DNA of 63,635 nucleotides, filler included, from Reclinomonas americana ATCC 50394 (GCA_048213135.1; 15 parts of 14 records of this genome joined end to end with filler, not necessarily neighbours in it); one strand, 5' to 3'; positions 38,043 to 50,493 are shown, counted from the first letter of the whole stretch. A program made the numbers and translations. Notes: generated by a model not told the origin, from the sequence alone.

Positions 38043-39209
38043 CTGTGGTGCAGAAGGCGAGAGAGAGGGAGACAGGCGGCACGGTGGCACAACGACCACT
38101 AGGTGAAAGATTCACGATTGTCAAAAAAACAGGAGAAATGCTGCCGAGTGCATGAGTGAGAGCTACTCAGTAACACAATCAAGCACCTCTCGACAGACAC
38201 AGCCACCCAACAACAAGAACCACAGTGACAACGCCCTTTCCCCTTCTTCCTCACCTCCCTCTGCAAGGCCTTCTCACGCGCCACGCTCTCCGGCGACGAC
38301 TCGCGCTGCCTCTGCCGCGTCTCAATCGTCTCCTTCCAATCATTCGACGTCGCCAACGCACTCTCATGACTCGCCGGCCGATCCGGACACACGACCGCCC
38401 ACACGGCTTGCATTGCCGGTGCCTCGCCGCCGTCCTGCACGCTCGAGGCCGACGACGCGCCCGGCGAATCCGTTGTCCCGGCCGCGACGGGGATGCGAAG
38501 TTGCAGGGCGTTGGGACGCTCGGCGGAGCGCGTCACCGGAATGCCGAGCACCGACACGGAGCCCAGAGGCACGCGTGTCTAAAAACGCACATCATGCCCA
38601 AAACAAGAGTGATCAGTGGGGAAGAAGATGGGACGCGCACATGACACACACACACACACAGGCGATCAACACAGACACAGACAGACATGCATGTGTGTCA
38701 AGAACAAAAAGATGCGCGCGCGAAGAGTGAGAGAGTGTGAGATCACGCGCGTGGGCATGTCCTGCTCATGCACACTCTCTCCTCTCTTGCTCTCCCCCCC
38801 TTTTCTCTCTCTCTCTCTGCACAGTGGGTGCTCGCGTACCGATTCGTCCTCGTAGCAGAAGATGGTGCTTCCACGGAACTCGAACCAACTATTTTTTTGT
38901 GAGTGAGAGAGAGTGAGTATCGGAAGATTAGCACACACACACATACTCAAGAGTGAGCAAACGCAACTTTGACTGCCATTGACCGCGGTCTGTGAGTGTG
39001 TGACACAGAGAGAGTGAGTGTGTGAGAGAGTGCGTGTCAATGAGTGTGCAGACGTAACGTCGTCGACTGAGCCAGCCGCGTTTGATAGGCGGCTCATCGC
39101 GATCCTGTGTGCGCGAGAGTGTGCGTGTGAGCAACTCTGTGTGTGTATGTGTGGCACTCACTCTCACTGACACACACGAAACTCGATCGGCCGAGGGAGA
39201 GGTGCCCAT
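22268..39209 (-). CDS. Giant predicted type II membrane protein: PH-PH, disordered region, TM, coiled coil, EGF/FGY-GQP array, fibre-like segment, Peptidase_S74 chaperone, polyQ
   Basis: About 25 exons join in frame from ATG 39209 to TAA 22268 with phase-compatible splice sites. Continuity across the gaps at 37435-37923, 32085-32184 and 25989-26088 is inferred. The TM-to-stop half is well supported; its attachment to the PH half is less certain. Confidence 0.75.
22271..22333 (-). repeat. Coding CAG repeat, 21 Gln immediately before the stop
   Basis: (TGC)n on the plus strand, in frame with the S74 exon. Confidence 0.9.
22334..22640 (-). other. Peptidase_S74 / intramolecular chaperone auto-processing domain with trailing coiled coil
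   Basis: TSSARYKTDI..L..V..LRGVTYN....HGFIAEEVHEVLPEAV........GVAYTQLVAPLVESVKEL matches the S(D/S)xRxKxxI ... GFIAQEVxxVxPExV ... VxYxxLxxxLxxAxKEL signature. Confidence 0.92.
24300..28510 (-). repeat. Protein-level array: 10 tenascin-type EGF-like repeats interleaved with 8 ~90-aa FGY/GQP beta domains
   Basis: Repeated CPxxCSxxGxC..C.C..G(F/Y/W).G.DCS units, each followed by VxPxLxCV...A.FGY.N.N....I..G..N.F.P.....GQP..F..G.H..VF.V......(V/L)(T/S)W.L. Confidence 0.92.
36105..39105 (-). other. Two PH-like domains at the N-terminus of the giant gene
   Basis: PH1: PIKRGWLSRRHRGQWQSNWFEFRGSTIFCYEDESTRVPLGSVSV...DWKETI. PH2: FAGYLNM..GERVFVMLQGHHLLIY...LLRNASV...VQQWMRQV. Both have the invariant C-terminal helix Trp. 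Confidence 0.8.
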
Positions 39210-40515
39210 TGCAATGAATGAACGTCACACTCTCTCGCTCTCCTTCTCTGTGTGTGTACGCGCGTGATCGTTTTCCTGAGTGACTGCAATGCTTCAAGCG
39301 AGTGTGGCGATCGATCGATTCAGCGACACCTTTCCTTTGCTGCTGTGAGCGTGAAACAGAGATTGTGGTTTGTCGGTCGGTTGGTCGACTCGGAAAAATT
39401 GTGCGCATTTTTTTCTTTTGAAATGCAGCGGTATTCATTCGCCAATCGGCACGCTTCACAGCGGTATGTGACGGTGTGTTGGAGGTAATTTTTGAGCGGT
39501 GTGGGTGGGTGGGAAATAGCGGCTGGCGATCGCCAGCGCAAAAATAACGGATTTTTTGTGCGTCAATCGCTTGCCAGAGGGTCAACTGCAAAGGACCGTG
39601 GATTTCTGTGACGGGGCTAATCACACCCGAAAGCTTGAACTCGATCTCCAACCGTGCAGTCCCAGAATTCAAAGATCGAAATGATTGCGAAGGCAGACCC
39701 TGCAACTGCAACAGCGATGCCCAGCTCCGGATCCGCTGTTGCAAGGCGCAAACAGATTGCCCTCCGCTGTGTTGTGGCGTTCCCGGATTTAGAGGTGCTT
39801 GAAAACCCTGCGCGTGCATTTGCCTGGCAACAACAGCAGTGGAGGCGCAGGACCCGGCAGTGTCAGTGGCAGAGGCCCTCGTCGAGGAGCGATCGCGCTG
39901 CCTGCTTCTGCTACTTCGCGCTCGACGTCGACGAGTGTGATGAATGCGGATTCCGTGTCACACACAAAAAAAGTGAATACATTTAGAAAGAAGTAACAGC
40001 TGCAGATCTGTGTGCAAAGTGAAAACACGCCTGCTACGCTGTTCGAATTCGGTTTCTCACTAAAGCTATTTGACAGGCTCATTCACGTGCATTTGCAGGT
40101 TGTGCCATATATCTTCATCACCAGAGTGTTTCTTTGTTGCAGAAGAGTGCAGCTGTGCGACTTTGCTCCGGGAAAGACGAGCAATGATTTGTCCTGCAGA
40201 CAACTTCCCACATTTTCTCTCCTTTTTCGCGCGCATGGCCACCCGTGCTGCTGTGGCCTCGCCTGCCAACAACAGCAGCGGAGGCGCAGGACTCGGCAGT
40301 GGCGCCCGTCGAGGAGCGACTTCTGCTTCTGCAACTTCGCACTCGACGTCGACGAGTGTGGTGAATGCGGAGNNNNNNNNNNNNNNNNNNNNNNNNNNNN
40401 NNNNNNNNNNNNNNNNTTAATTAATTAANNNNNNNNNNNNNNNNNNNNNNNNNNNNNNNNNNNNNNNNNNNNATCTCTCGTACGCATCCAGCCTCACCAT
40501 TTGATTCTTCGTGCA

Positions 40516-43500
40516 GCGAGAGACAACAACGTTTCCGTGAGCTGCGCGACGAGCTGTGCGAGCAAGTGGTGGCTCACCTCGAGGCGTTCTTTGTCGAACT
40601 CAGCCGCGAAGCGCTGGCGGATTCGGGGTACTTTACTCGCCAAGGTATGCGCGCTGCGTCTTGTCTCAGTGCGTGCGTGTGCCCATTGTGCGCTCTCCTC
40701 TCTTCCGTGCAAGGCGTCGCCGCTATTATCGTCCACAATCACGTTTGGGAGCAGCTGGAGATCTTTGCACCGCTGGTGCAGTGTGTTCGTTCGGCAGGAG
40801 GACCACGTGCGCAGGCGATGCAGCTGGCCTATGCCCGTGCCTTCCAGCCACTGTACAGTCGACAGCTGCAGGCGTTCTTCCAAGAGATACGGTACGCGAA
40901 GTACGCTGCCCACTTCCTCATCACTTGCAGTATGATCTCACACTCGTTGTTATCCTTGTTATTGTGCAGCATGCAAGTGGAGCGCGGCAAACCTGTGAAT
41001 CACATCTTTACGGCGGCGTCGCCACTGCCCGGACTACTGGAGGCGCAAGACACCGGAACGGGCGCCGGGCAGAATTTTGATTTCCTGTTCGAGTCGGTGC
41101 TTGATTCGCTCATGGGCTGCCTGTGCGACGAGGAGCGTTTCTGCCGATCGTTTTTCCATCACGGAGTGGATGTGTCAGTGGTGAGTTGGGAGGAGAAGAA
41201 TGAGGGATCACGCACTCAATCTCGTCTCACCTCGGTCGTTTCTGCATTCATGGTTCTCGCAATTTTCTGCTTGTCTTGCTGTAGCTGTTTTTCTTCTTGT
41301 CCTTCATCTCAGGTTATGTTTGCTGGAATCCTTTTACTTCTTGTCGGCTGTCCTTTTTCCTCCTGCCCACTCCGTCTCCCCCCACTCCGTCTCCCTCGTA
41401 CTTCGTCTCCCCCCACTTCGTCTCCCCCCACTCGCGTCTCCCCCCACTGCGTCTCACTGCGTCTCCCCCCACTTCCGTCTCCCCCCATTTCCGTCTCCCC
41501 CCACTCCGTCTCCCCCCACTCCATTTTCCTTCACTGCGTCTCCCCCCACTGCGTCTCCCCCCACTGCGTCTCCCCCACTCCGTCTCTCCCCACTTATTCG
41601 TCNNNNNNNNNNNNNNNNNNNNNNNNNNNNNNNNNNNNNNNNNNNNTTAATTAATTAANNNNNNNNNNNNNNNNNNNNNNNNNNNNNNNNNNNNNNNNNN
41701 NNCACTCCATTTCCTTCACTGCGTCTCCCCCCACTTCCGTTCCCTTCTCTCCCTTCTCCTCCCTTCCCTTCTCCCTCCCTTCTTCTCCCTCCCTTCTTCT
41801 CCCTCCCTTCTTCTCCCTCCCTTCTCCTCACTCACCGCCCGTCACCACTCAGGCCGCACCATTCGGCATAGGACGAGCGCGTCGCGTGGCCTTTGCCTCC
41901 GCGGAAGACGAGGACGACATCCCGTGAGTGCTCTGATGCGCCGTTGTCATTCCGATTGTACCTCGTCTCATCTCGGAGTCGTGACAGAGAAACACCGGAA
42001 CCTGTCGGCGGTCAAGCGGCGGAGGATGCACGGAAGGCGGAAATCACTGCAATTATGCAGGTGCATTAACTGCTCGTCGCACTCTCCACTCACTCTCCAC
42101 TCACTGCGGGCGCATTGCACAGGTGCTCTTCACTGAGCTCATTGGCAACATGGATCAGTTTGTGGCGTGGCTTCGTCGTAAGGGCTGCCACTTTCATGCC
42201 CTGCTGGTCATGTCGCACACGCAACGGTGGATGGAGCGCGCGAGTGACCCGAGAAGTTGCGACCTCGTGTGCGCTTTTTTTGGTCTCGTTCTGTCTGACG
42301 TCGTTTGTACTGCAGACGACTGGTGCAGCGACTTTACTTTCCAAGTGCTTCTCTTCACGCTGGCGCAATCACAGCGCATCTTTTCCGAGTTTATCGACGA
42401 GCAGGTGGTGGACATTAACGAGTTCAAGGTGCGTGCGATGTGATGTGTCGGCACATAATCTTAAAACTCATTGGTGCGCATCACGTAGACCTCTATCAAG
42501 CACCCGAATTTGATTCCCGCAGTGCGTACCTTCCCGCTCTTTGTCAAGTACGTAGAGAGGCTATGCGTCGGTCGCTCCGATCGCAACGCCATTGGTCTGG
42601 CCTACCAAATGGCACTAAAGGCGGCGATGGCGTTGCGTCGTGCACCTTGTCGTCGTCGCCGCGTTCCGCATCTTCGTTGATCATATCTGTGCAGTTCTGT
42701 GGAGCGGCTCGCGTTGACCAACGAAAAGTATGCGAGCGTATTCAAGTTTGTGCACTGGCAGTACCTGGTGGATGAAATGGACAAGTTGGTTTGTCTGCCT
42801 GTTGTCGCACTTTTGTGCACCGCATGTCGAGGAGTACTCAATTTGTGAGCAGCCCAAGGACAACCTCGAAGTGCTGGAGCCCTACGTTCAGCAGCTCACC
42901 ACGGAGGCCGACACGCAGTTGCAAAAGTACTGCACGTGGCTGGCCACCTATTCGTTGCGTGTTGCTAGAGGGACAGGGAGAGAGAGAGGGGAAAGGTAGA
43001 AAGTGGGGGAGGGGAAAGAGAGACACTGAGAGAGGGGAGAGAGAGAGACTGAGAGGGGGAAAGAGAGACACTGAGAGAGGAGGAAGAGAGAAACTGAGAG
43101 AGGGGAAAGAGAGAAACTGAGAGAGGAGAAAGAGAGAAACTGAAAGAGGAGACAGAGAGACACTGAAAGAGGAGACAGAGAGACACTGAGAGAGGGGAAT
43201 GAGAGAAACTGAAAGAGGAGACAGAGAGAAGCTGAGAGAGGGGAAAGAGAAAAACTGAGAGAGGGGAATGAGAGACACTGAGATAGGGAAAGAGAGAAAC
43301 GGAGAGAGGAGACAGAGAGAAGCTGAGAGGGGAAAGAGAAAAACTGAGAGAGGGGAAAGAGAAGCTGAGAGAGGGGAAAGAGAAAAACTAAGAGAGGGTA
43401 AAGGGAAAAACGAGAGAGGGGAATGAGAGAGACTGAGAGAGGGGAAAGAGAGACTGAAAGAGGAGACAGAGAGAAACGGAAAGAGGAGACAGAGAGAAGC

Positions 43501-45054
43501 TGAGAGGGGAAAGTGAGAAACTGAGAGAGGAGAAAGAGAAACTAAGAGAGGGGAAAGAGAGAAACTAAGAGAGGGGAAAGAGAGACGCTGAGTGAGGGTA
43601 AAGGGAAAAACGAGAGAGGGGAATGAGAGAGACTGAGAGAGGGGAAAGAGAGACACTGAGAGAGGGGAAATAGAGACACTGAGAGGGGAAAGAGAGACGC
43701 TGAGAGAGGAGAAAAAGAGAAACTGAGAGAGGGAAAGAGAGACGGTGAGAGACTGGAAAGAAAGACACTAAGGGAGGGGAAAGAGAGACGCTGAAGGAGA
43801 AAAAGAGAGACACTGAGAGAGGAGAAAGAAAGACGCTGAAGGAGAAAAAGAGAGACACAGAGAGGGGAAGAGAAAAACTGAGAGAGGGGAAAGAGAGACA
43901 CTGTGAGAGGAGAAAAAGAGACACTGAGAGAGGAGAAAGAGAGAACCTGAGAGAGAAGCGACATGCACTCCTATCTCTCTTCGTTGCTCACCTCCTTCTC
44001 AATTCTCCCTGCTCTGAAAATTTTCCCTTTGCATCACAGGTACGGTTCACTGTTCGTGTTCTTCTTCCACATGTTGGAGTACTTGGCCAGCAGCACGCAG
44101 CAAGAATACTTGCCATTTCAGGAGGGCCTCTCGCGACAGGACCTGGTTGACGCCGTGGTGAAATTCAACCAGACGGCGGCCAAGTCTACGGCGCGGCTGT
44201 ATGAACGCGTGGAGAAACATATGAGCGGGTACACCGGCATGCTGTCGGGGGTGTGGAAATTGGTGCGCACACGCATTGTGCAGTGGTTTGTGGATCTGCG
44301 CGAGATCACCCAGCAGTGCTACGAGAATGTGGAGATCCGGCCGTCGGTGCAGACAGTTGAGTGGTCGTGGGGCGAGGAGTGGAGGCAAGGGACAGCAGAA
44401 GGGAGGAGTTGAGAAGGAAGACTGGATTTCGTGAGAATAAGAGATCCATGGGACAACGGAGGGGGAATGAGAGAGGGAGATGGGGTGGAGAGTTGTTGGA
44501 AGGCAGAAAGGATTTCTTGCGAATGAGGGAAGCAAAGGACAGCGGTAGGCTGATGGGCTAGGGTTGAGGAGCACTAAGGGAGTAGGATAAGAAATTCAAG
44601 GGATGCGTAGGAGTTGGGGAAGAGTGTTATTGGAAGGCAGAAGTGATTTTTTGAGAATGAGACATTCAGCTGGCATGGCGAGGAGGAGAGTTGTTAGAAG
44701 GAAAAGTCATGAGGGTGAGGGACTCAAGGGGCACAGCAAGAGGATGGGGAGGAGTTGAGAAACACCACTGAGGGCAGAAGGGATTCTCGACATTGAGGGA
44801 TTCAAGGGACAACAGCAGCAGGAGGATGTATAAAAAGTCAGAAGGGATTTCTTGCAAACTGGGACTTTTATGAGACAACAGAGGGAGAGTGAGTTGAGGG
44901 AGTTGGGATGGAGCCATCTGAAGGAAAGCAGGAGCATCATAGATGTTGGGGGCGTTTCGCAATGTTCATCGATGCTAGCTCACATCGGTGCGTTGTCCAG
45001 CTGAATCAAATCTTCGACACTGTTGAGGAGAGCAAGACTGGCCGCAGGCGATGA
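40516..45054 (+). CDS. SEC3: Exocyst complex component Sec3/EXOC1, C-terminal portion (5' part not seen)
   Basis: Motifs YARAFQPLYSRQLQAFF, EERFCRSFFH, FQEGLSRQDL and LYERVEKHM...LSGVW...ITQQCYENVEI match the EXOC1 C-terminus. Last exon 45001-45054 (LNQIFDTVEESKTGRRR*). Confidence 0.8.
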
Positions 45055-45683
45055 GTGAACGCATCAGTTTTGCTTTGTGCGAGGCTGTGTTTATCGATTT
45101 TTCATTCGAAAGACAGGAGAAGATTAGATTAAGATACGTCTCCTTTCGCCGTGCTAGAGTGTTGCCCGACTCATGCAAAATGCCTTGTGCACACAACAAT
45201 CGCGGTTTACCAACTCTTGAGACACTGGAGAAATGCGGATATTGAAGATGAAGATGAGATAGAGAGAGAAAGAGAGAAAGGGAGATAGAGAGAGAGAAAG
45301 AGGGAGATAGAGAGAGGGCGACTAGGTCGTCAATACAACTCGCTAAGCGGACCCTGCACTTCAGTCACCCGCCATCACCCGCCACAGGCACTGGTGACAG
45401 CTGGACAACGGCTGGCAACATGAGTGCTGCTGGCAATGCTGTTGTTGTCTCCGCTGCCTTCATCATTGCTCGGTCATTCTGTCCTTGTAAGTGCATGCAG
45501 CTGGTCACTGCTAGCTTCGAGCAGCGCAGCGCTCGTCGGCGACCGCGAGAAACCGACTGGGTGATAATGAGTGCAACTATCGGGCAAAGACGAACGATTC
45601 ACTCTTCTCACAACAACAACTACGACGACGACAGCAGCGATGCACGGCAATGTCCGCCACCACTGCTGTCGCCGCGCCTCGTC

Positions 45684-48600
45684 CTATGCCAAACGCGCAT
45701 AACCCGCCATGCGAGCGCACAGCACCACCAGAGCCAAACACGCGGTGTAGCCAATGACGGATCCAATCACCAGGTTCCGCACGGCAAAGCTGTGGGCACT
45801 CAGGAAAAGTCAGTGCGTGAGCTTGTTGACGAAGAGCAAAAGATGCGACGCAACGAGTACACCTGCTCGCCAGTCACGGCCTCGTCAACCAGCTGCACAT
45901 AGAGTGGCGCATCAGTGGCGGGCGCCCGCGCCGGATTGTTAAAGGCAATCTGTCGCACGGCTGAGTCAAACATGCGAATGTCGTCGGCGTTGCTCTTGGT
46001 GAAGCTGATGGTGGCCGCTGCCATGGCCGACGGGGGGTTGCGCAAGCGGTTGATGCAGGGGCTGTCGGCGGAGGTGCACGCATTGGCGCTAACGGTGCGC
46101 TCCTGCGGGGTAGAGGGGGAGGGAGGAGCAAGGGGGGGAAAGAGGGGGGAAGGGAGGGGGAGGGAGGGGAAGGAGGGGGAAGGAGGGGGAGGGAGGGGAA
46201 GTGAGGGGAGGAGCAGGGGGGAGAGAGGGGGAAGGAGGGGGAAAGAGGGGGAAGGGAGGGGGAAGGAGGGGAAGAGAGGGGTAAGAGAGGGGGGGAAGGG
46301 GAAGAGAGGGGAAGGGAGGGGAAGAGAGGNNNNNNNNNNNNNNNNNNNNNNNNNNNNNNNNNNNNNNNNNNNNTTAATTAATTAANNNNNNNNNNNNNNN
46401 NNNNNNNNNNNNNNNNNNNNNNNNNNNNNGGGAAAGAGGGGGAAAGAGGGGGAAAGAGGGGGAAAGAGGGGGAAAGAGGGGGAAAGAGGGGGAAAGAGGG
46501 GGAAAGAGGGGGATGAGAGGGGGAAAGAGGGGGATGAGAGGGGGAAAGAGGGGGAAAGAGGGGGATGAGAGGGGGAAAGAGGGGGAAAGAGCAACGGGTG
46601 ACACGCAAGAGGAAGAGCCAAGGGGGAGACAAAAGGGAAAAGGAAGAAAACAGAAAGAGATGTAAGGAAAAGGAAAGACACAAGGACATGGAAGGGGAAG
46701 TGAGGAAAGGAGAAGAGAGGAGAGGACAATGGAAGCGAAGAGAAGGGAGGAGTGGAGTACGCAAGGAATGGATGAATCAGATCTACCTCATCTCTCGCTC
46801 CCAGTCACGCTCTCAACTTCGACTTCTTCTGTGGTTCTCGTTTCTCGTGCTTTCTTTTCCTTCTCTCTCAGAGAGGCATATCCACATTTCAATCTCTGCA
46901 TTACTTGTCTCCCTTGCCCCCTTCTTCCTTCGGACAAACTCACCTCCTGACACACTGCATACACCTGTGCGCACACCAAACACACAAGAGTTATAATCAG
47001 CTTTCATACCTCCGTCCGTCACCCTACAACCGCCACGCAACAAGCACTGGATCATTGCTGGCCATGGAAGACGCGCTGGTGAACAGGGGAGCGGCGCACC
47101 ACGAATTGTACCTGCTCGAGCACTCCTCTTGTCAACACATCCAACACGCACCAAGTTTACTGGTGATCATTTGACGCAACAGCTTTGTGCCCTTATTGGA
47201 CCCGGCATACTCGGAGAAGCCATACATGCCGGCCACGTCGACCGCCGGGGTCTGCTGCAGTGTCCACACATTGGCCTGTGCCGCAAGCCACGTCGCGTAC
47301 GCCTCGGGGACCGTCACCTTCTCCGCCAGTGGCTTCCAGTCCCCGACCACCGTGTAGTACTGGAAGTCTGTGCGAAACGAGGCAAAGCATGAGAATCTGC
47401 ACATCTTGTCTAACACGTACTGGCAAAACACAAGTAACTGTGTCCCGCGACGCCGCCGACCGACAGCGCCGTGGCAAACGCCACCAATGCAAGAAGCAGG
47501 AACGGGTTGCCAGACTTGCCCGGCATGTAGACAAAGTAGAGCAGGGAGAGGGCGATCCAGAAAAACGCTCCAGGAAGACCAAAAATGACCATGGCGATCG
47601 GAGGACTCATTCTGTTCGACAACTGAATGAGCGACGGAGAGAGGAATAGGAGAGGGAGAAGCACTCACCGAGTGCAGGTCACAATCAGTGCCGCCTGCAC
47701 TGCCATCATCACGAGCACATACAGCACGAGCAGCATGGCGGTGCAGGGTACACGCCACGTGAACGTGTAGGTGGGTGGCGGTGGCGGCTGGTACAGGAAT
47801 GGAGCAGGCGGACTATGGGGGAAAAGTGAGTCGACAGCGTGGAGAACAGATTACAACTGGCGTGCATTCGGGCGCAACATCACGGGGACCGCCACGGCCT
47901 TGACATAGAGTGGATCCGGGGCGCGGTAGAATGGCACCGGTGCAAGGGCCGGTGGCGCAGCGGCGCCAGCTGAGGCCACTGAGGAATAGTCCACGCTCAC
48001 CGTGTAGTCGTCGGGGTTGGCACTGTGGGTGAGGGTGCGGAAGGAGTGAGAGGGCAGAGAGGAGAGGGCAAGAGAGGGCAAGAGAGGGAAGAGAGGGGAA
48101 GAGAGGGCAAGAGAGGGCAAGAGAGGGCAAGAGAGGGCAAGAGAGGGGAAGAGAGGGCAAGAGAGGGCAAGAGAGGGCAAGAGAGGGCAAGAGAGGGGAA
48201 GAGAGGGGAAGAGAGGGGAAGAGAGGGAAGAGAANNNNNNNNNNNNNNNNNNNNNNNNNNNNNNNNNNNNNNNNNNNNTTAATTAATTAANNNNNNNNNN
48301 NNNNNNNNNNNNNNNNNNNNNNNNNNNNNNNNNNAGAGGGAAAGAGAGGGGAAGAGAGAGAGAGAAGAGAGGGCAAGAGAGAGGGAAGAGAGGGGAAGAG
48401 AGGGGAAGAGAGGGGAAGAGAGGGCAGGAGAGGGAAAGAGAGAGGGAAGAGAGGGCAGGAGAGGGAAAGAGAGGGCAGGAGAGGGAAAGAGAGAGGGAAG
48501 AGAGGGCAGGAGAGGGAAAGAGGAGAAGAGAGAGGGAAGAGAGGGGAAGAGAGACGAGAAGTAAGGTAAAACGCAGAGCACTGTGATCTGATGGATTCTG

Positions 48601-50014
48601 TCGCTACGGCGGCAAGTGCAGTGGTTGAGAGCACGAGAGAGAGAGAAGAGATGAGTTATGAGACGTATTCTATGGCTTTCTCGAGTTGCTGTGAACGAAT
48701 GAAAGAGAGAGAGAGAGAGAGAAGAGGGGAAAGGGCGGAGAGAAAGAGTAATTGAACAACAGTTAGAAGTAGTCTTGCTCTCGCTAATGCACTCCACTCG
48801 TCGTGGAACACGAAAAGTGAACAACAGAGAGAGGGAGAGGAGAGGAGAAAGGAGAGGGAAAGTGACAAGAAGTGGAGCATTGCGCTCTGCTGGTTTTTTG
48901 TTTCTTCCACACGCAGGCGTTGCGATGCTAGGACAGCGACAGAAAGAGAGAGAGAGAGAGAGAAACAGAAAGACTGAAACAAGCAAGGAGCGCTAGCAAT
49001 TCTGCGGACCGTTTCCCTCTGCCTCACTCCAGTCGCTGTGACATACGAGCAGTGCACGAGAGAAAGGGAGCAAGAGAGAAGAGTGAGAGTGAGTGCGTTT
49101 GAGGAAAGACGGAGAAAAACAAGGAACAAAAGTTGTGTAACTCTTTTCGGTGAACGACAGAGAGAGAGAGAGAGAGTGTGTGTGTGTGTGTGAGTGAGAG
49201 AGAGAGACAAGTAAGCGAGTTGAGGCACGACTGAAAAAGCAGGGAGCCCCCCAGTCGCTGCGAGTAAGAGAGAGAGAAGAGGCAAGACTTTAACAAGCAG
49301 GAAGCTATTCTGCGGACCGTTTCGAATTCCCTCTGCCTCACTCCAGTCGCTGTGACATACGAGCAGTGCACGAGAGGAAGGGAGAAGAGAGAGAGAGCGA
49401 GTGAGTTTGAGGGAAGACTGAGAAAAACAAGGAACAAAGTTGTGCAACTCTTTTCGGTGAACGACAGAGAGAGAGAGAGAGAGTGTGTGTGTGTGTGTGA
49501 GTGAGAGAGAGAGACAAGTAAGCGAGTTGAGGCACGACTGAAAAAGCAGGGAGCCCCCCAGTCGCTGCGAGGCACAGACAAAGAAAGAGAGAGAAAGAGA
49601 GAGAGAGAAGAGGCAGGACGTAAACAAGCAGGAAACTATCGCCGAGGCACAGACTGTGAATGACAGAGAGAAAGAGAGCTGCAGCTGTGCTTTCCCTCCC
49701 TTCCCTCCCCCTCTCTCCCCCTCCTTGCCACGCAACTCCTCATCCTCCGCCATGACAGCAGCGGCCGCCGGCGTGCAAAACCCCGCATGCGACGTGTCCA
49801 CAACGCCGGCCTCCGCCATCAAGTTATTATGCTGCGCCTCCTGTCCCGGCAGCGCTCGCACCACCAACAGTGCATCGTTGTAGAGGCGGCACAGCAGGTC
49901 TTGCAGGCGCACCGCCGGGATCTCCACGCCAAACGTGTCGCGCAAGTCCAGTGAGAGCTCCGCGCTCGGGTGAACGCCGCCGCGAGAGCATACGAGCAGG
50001 AGGCGATCAATGAT
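45684..50014 (-). CDS. Hypothetical 4-TM membrane protein, 9 exons seen, 5' end in gap
   Basis: Exons join in frame from IIDRLLLVC... through three hydrophobic helices, a Cys-containing loop (YNSWCAAPL, VYAVCQE) and a final helix LVIGSVIGYTACLALVVLC, to TAG at 45684. Confidence 0.75.
49001..49571. repeat. Intronic tandem duplication of a ~260-bp block (49001-49264 and 49310-49571)
   Basis: Both copies run from TCTGCGGACCGTTTC to GGGAGCCCCCCAGTCGCTGCGAG and share the same embedded (GA)n(GT)n microsatellite. Confidence 0.85.
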
Positions 50015-50243
50015 CTGTGTTGGTGGGAGAAGAGAGAGAGAGCGAGCAGGAGAGGGAGAGAGGGAGAGGGAGAGAGGGAGATTGGTGGGAGGAGAGAGAG
50101 AGCGAGCAGGAGAGGGAGAGAGGGAGAGGGAGAGAGGGAGACANNNNNNNNNNNNNNNNNNNNNNNNNNNNNNNNNNNNNNNNNNNNTTAATTAATTAAN
50201 NNNNNNNNNNNNNNNNNNNNNNNNNNNNNNNNNNNNNNNNNNN

Positions 50244-50300
<57 letters not shown>

Positions 50301-50493
50301 CTCCTCTCCCTCCTCCTCCTCTCTCTTCTCTCTCTCTCTCTCTCTCTCCCTCCCTCCTCCTCTCCCCCCCCCTCCCTCTCTCTCTCTTGCTTCCTCGCTT
50401 CCTCTCCTCTCCCGACATGTCTGCGTGGGCCTCTTCTGATTGAGAAAGCTTCATGCCTGACGAGACTCGTGTTTTTGTTTCGTCCACACGCAG

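Noticed and set aside
42960..43960. Long Ser/Leu/Pro/Phe- or Arg/Glu/Gly-rich ORFs here and throughout the window
   Set aside because: They are translations of GA/CT low-complexity intron DNA with no family motifs.
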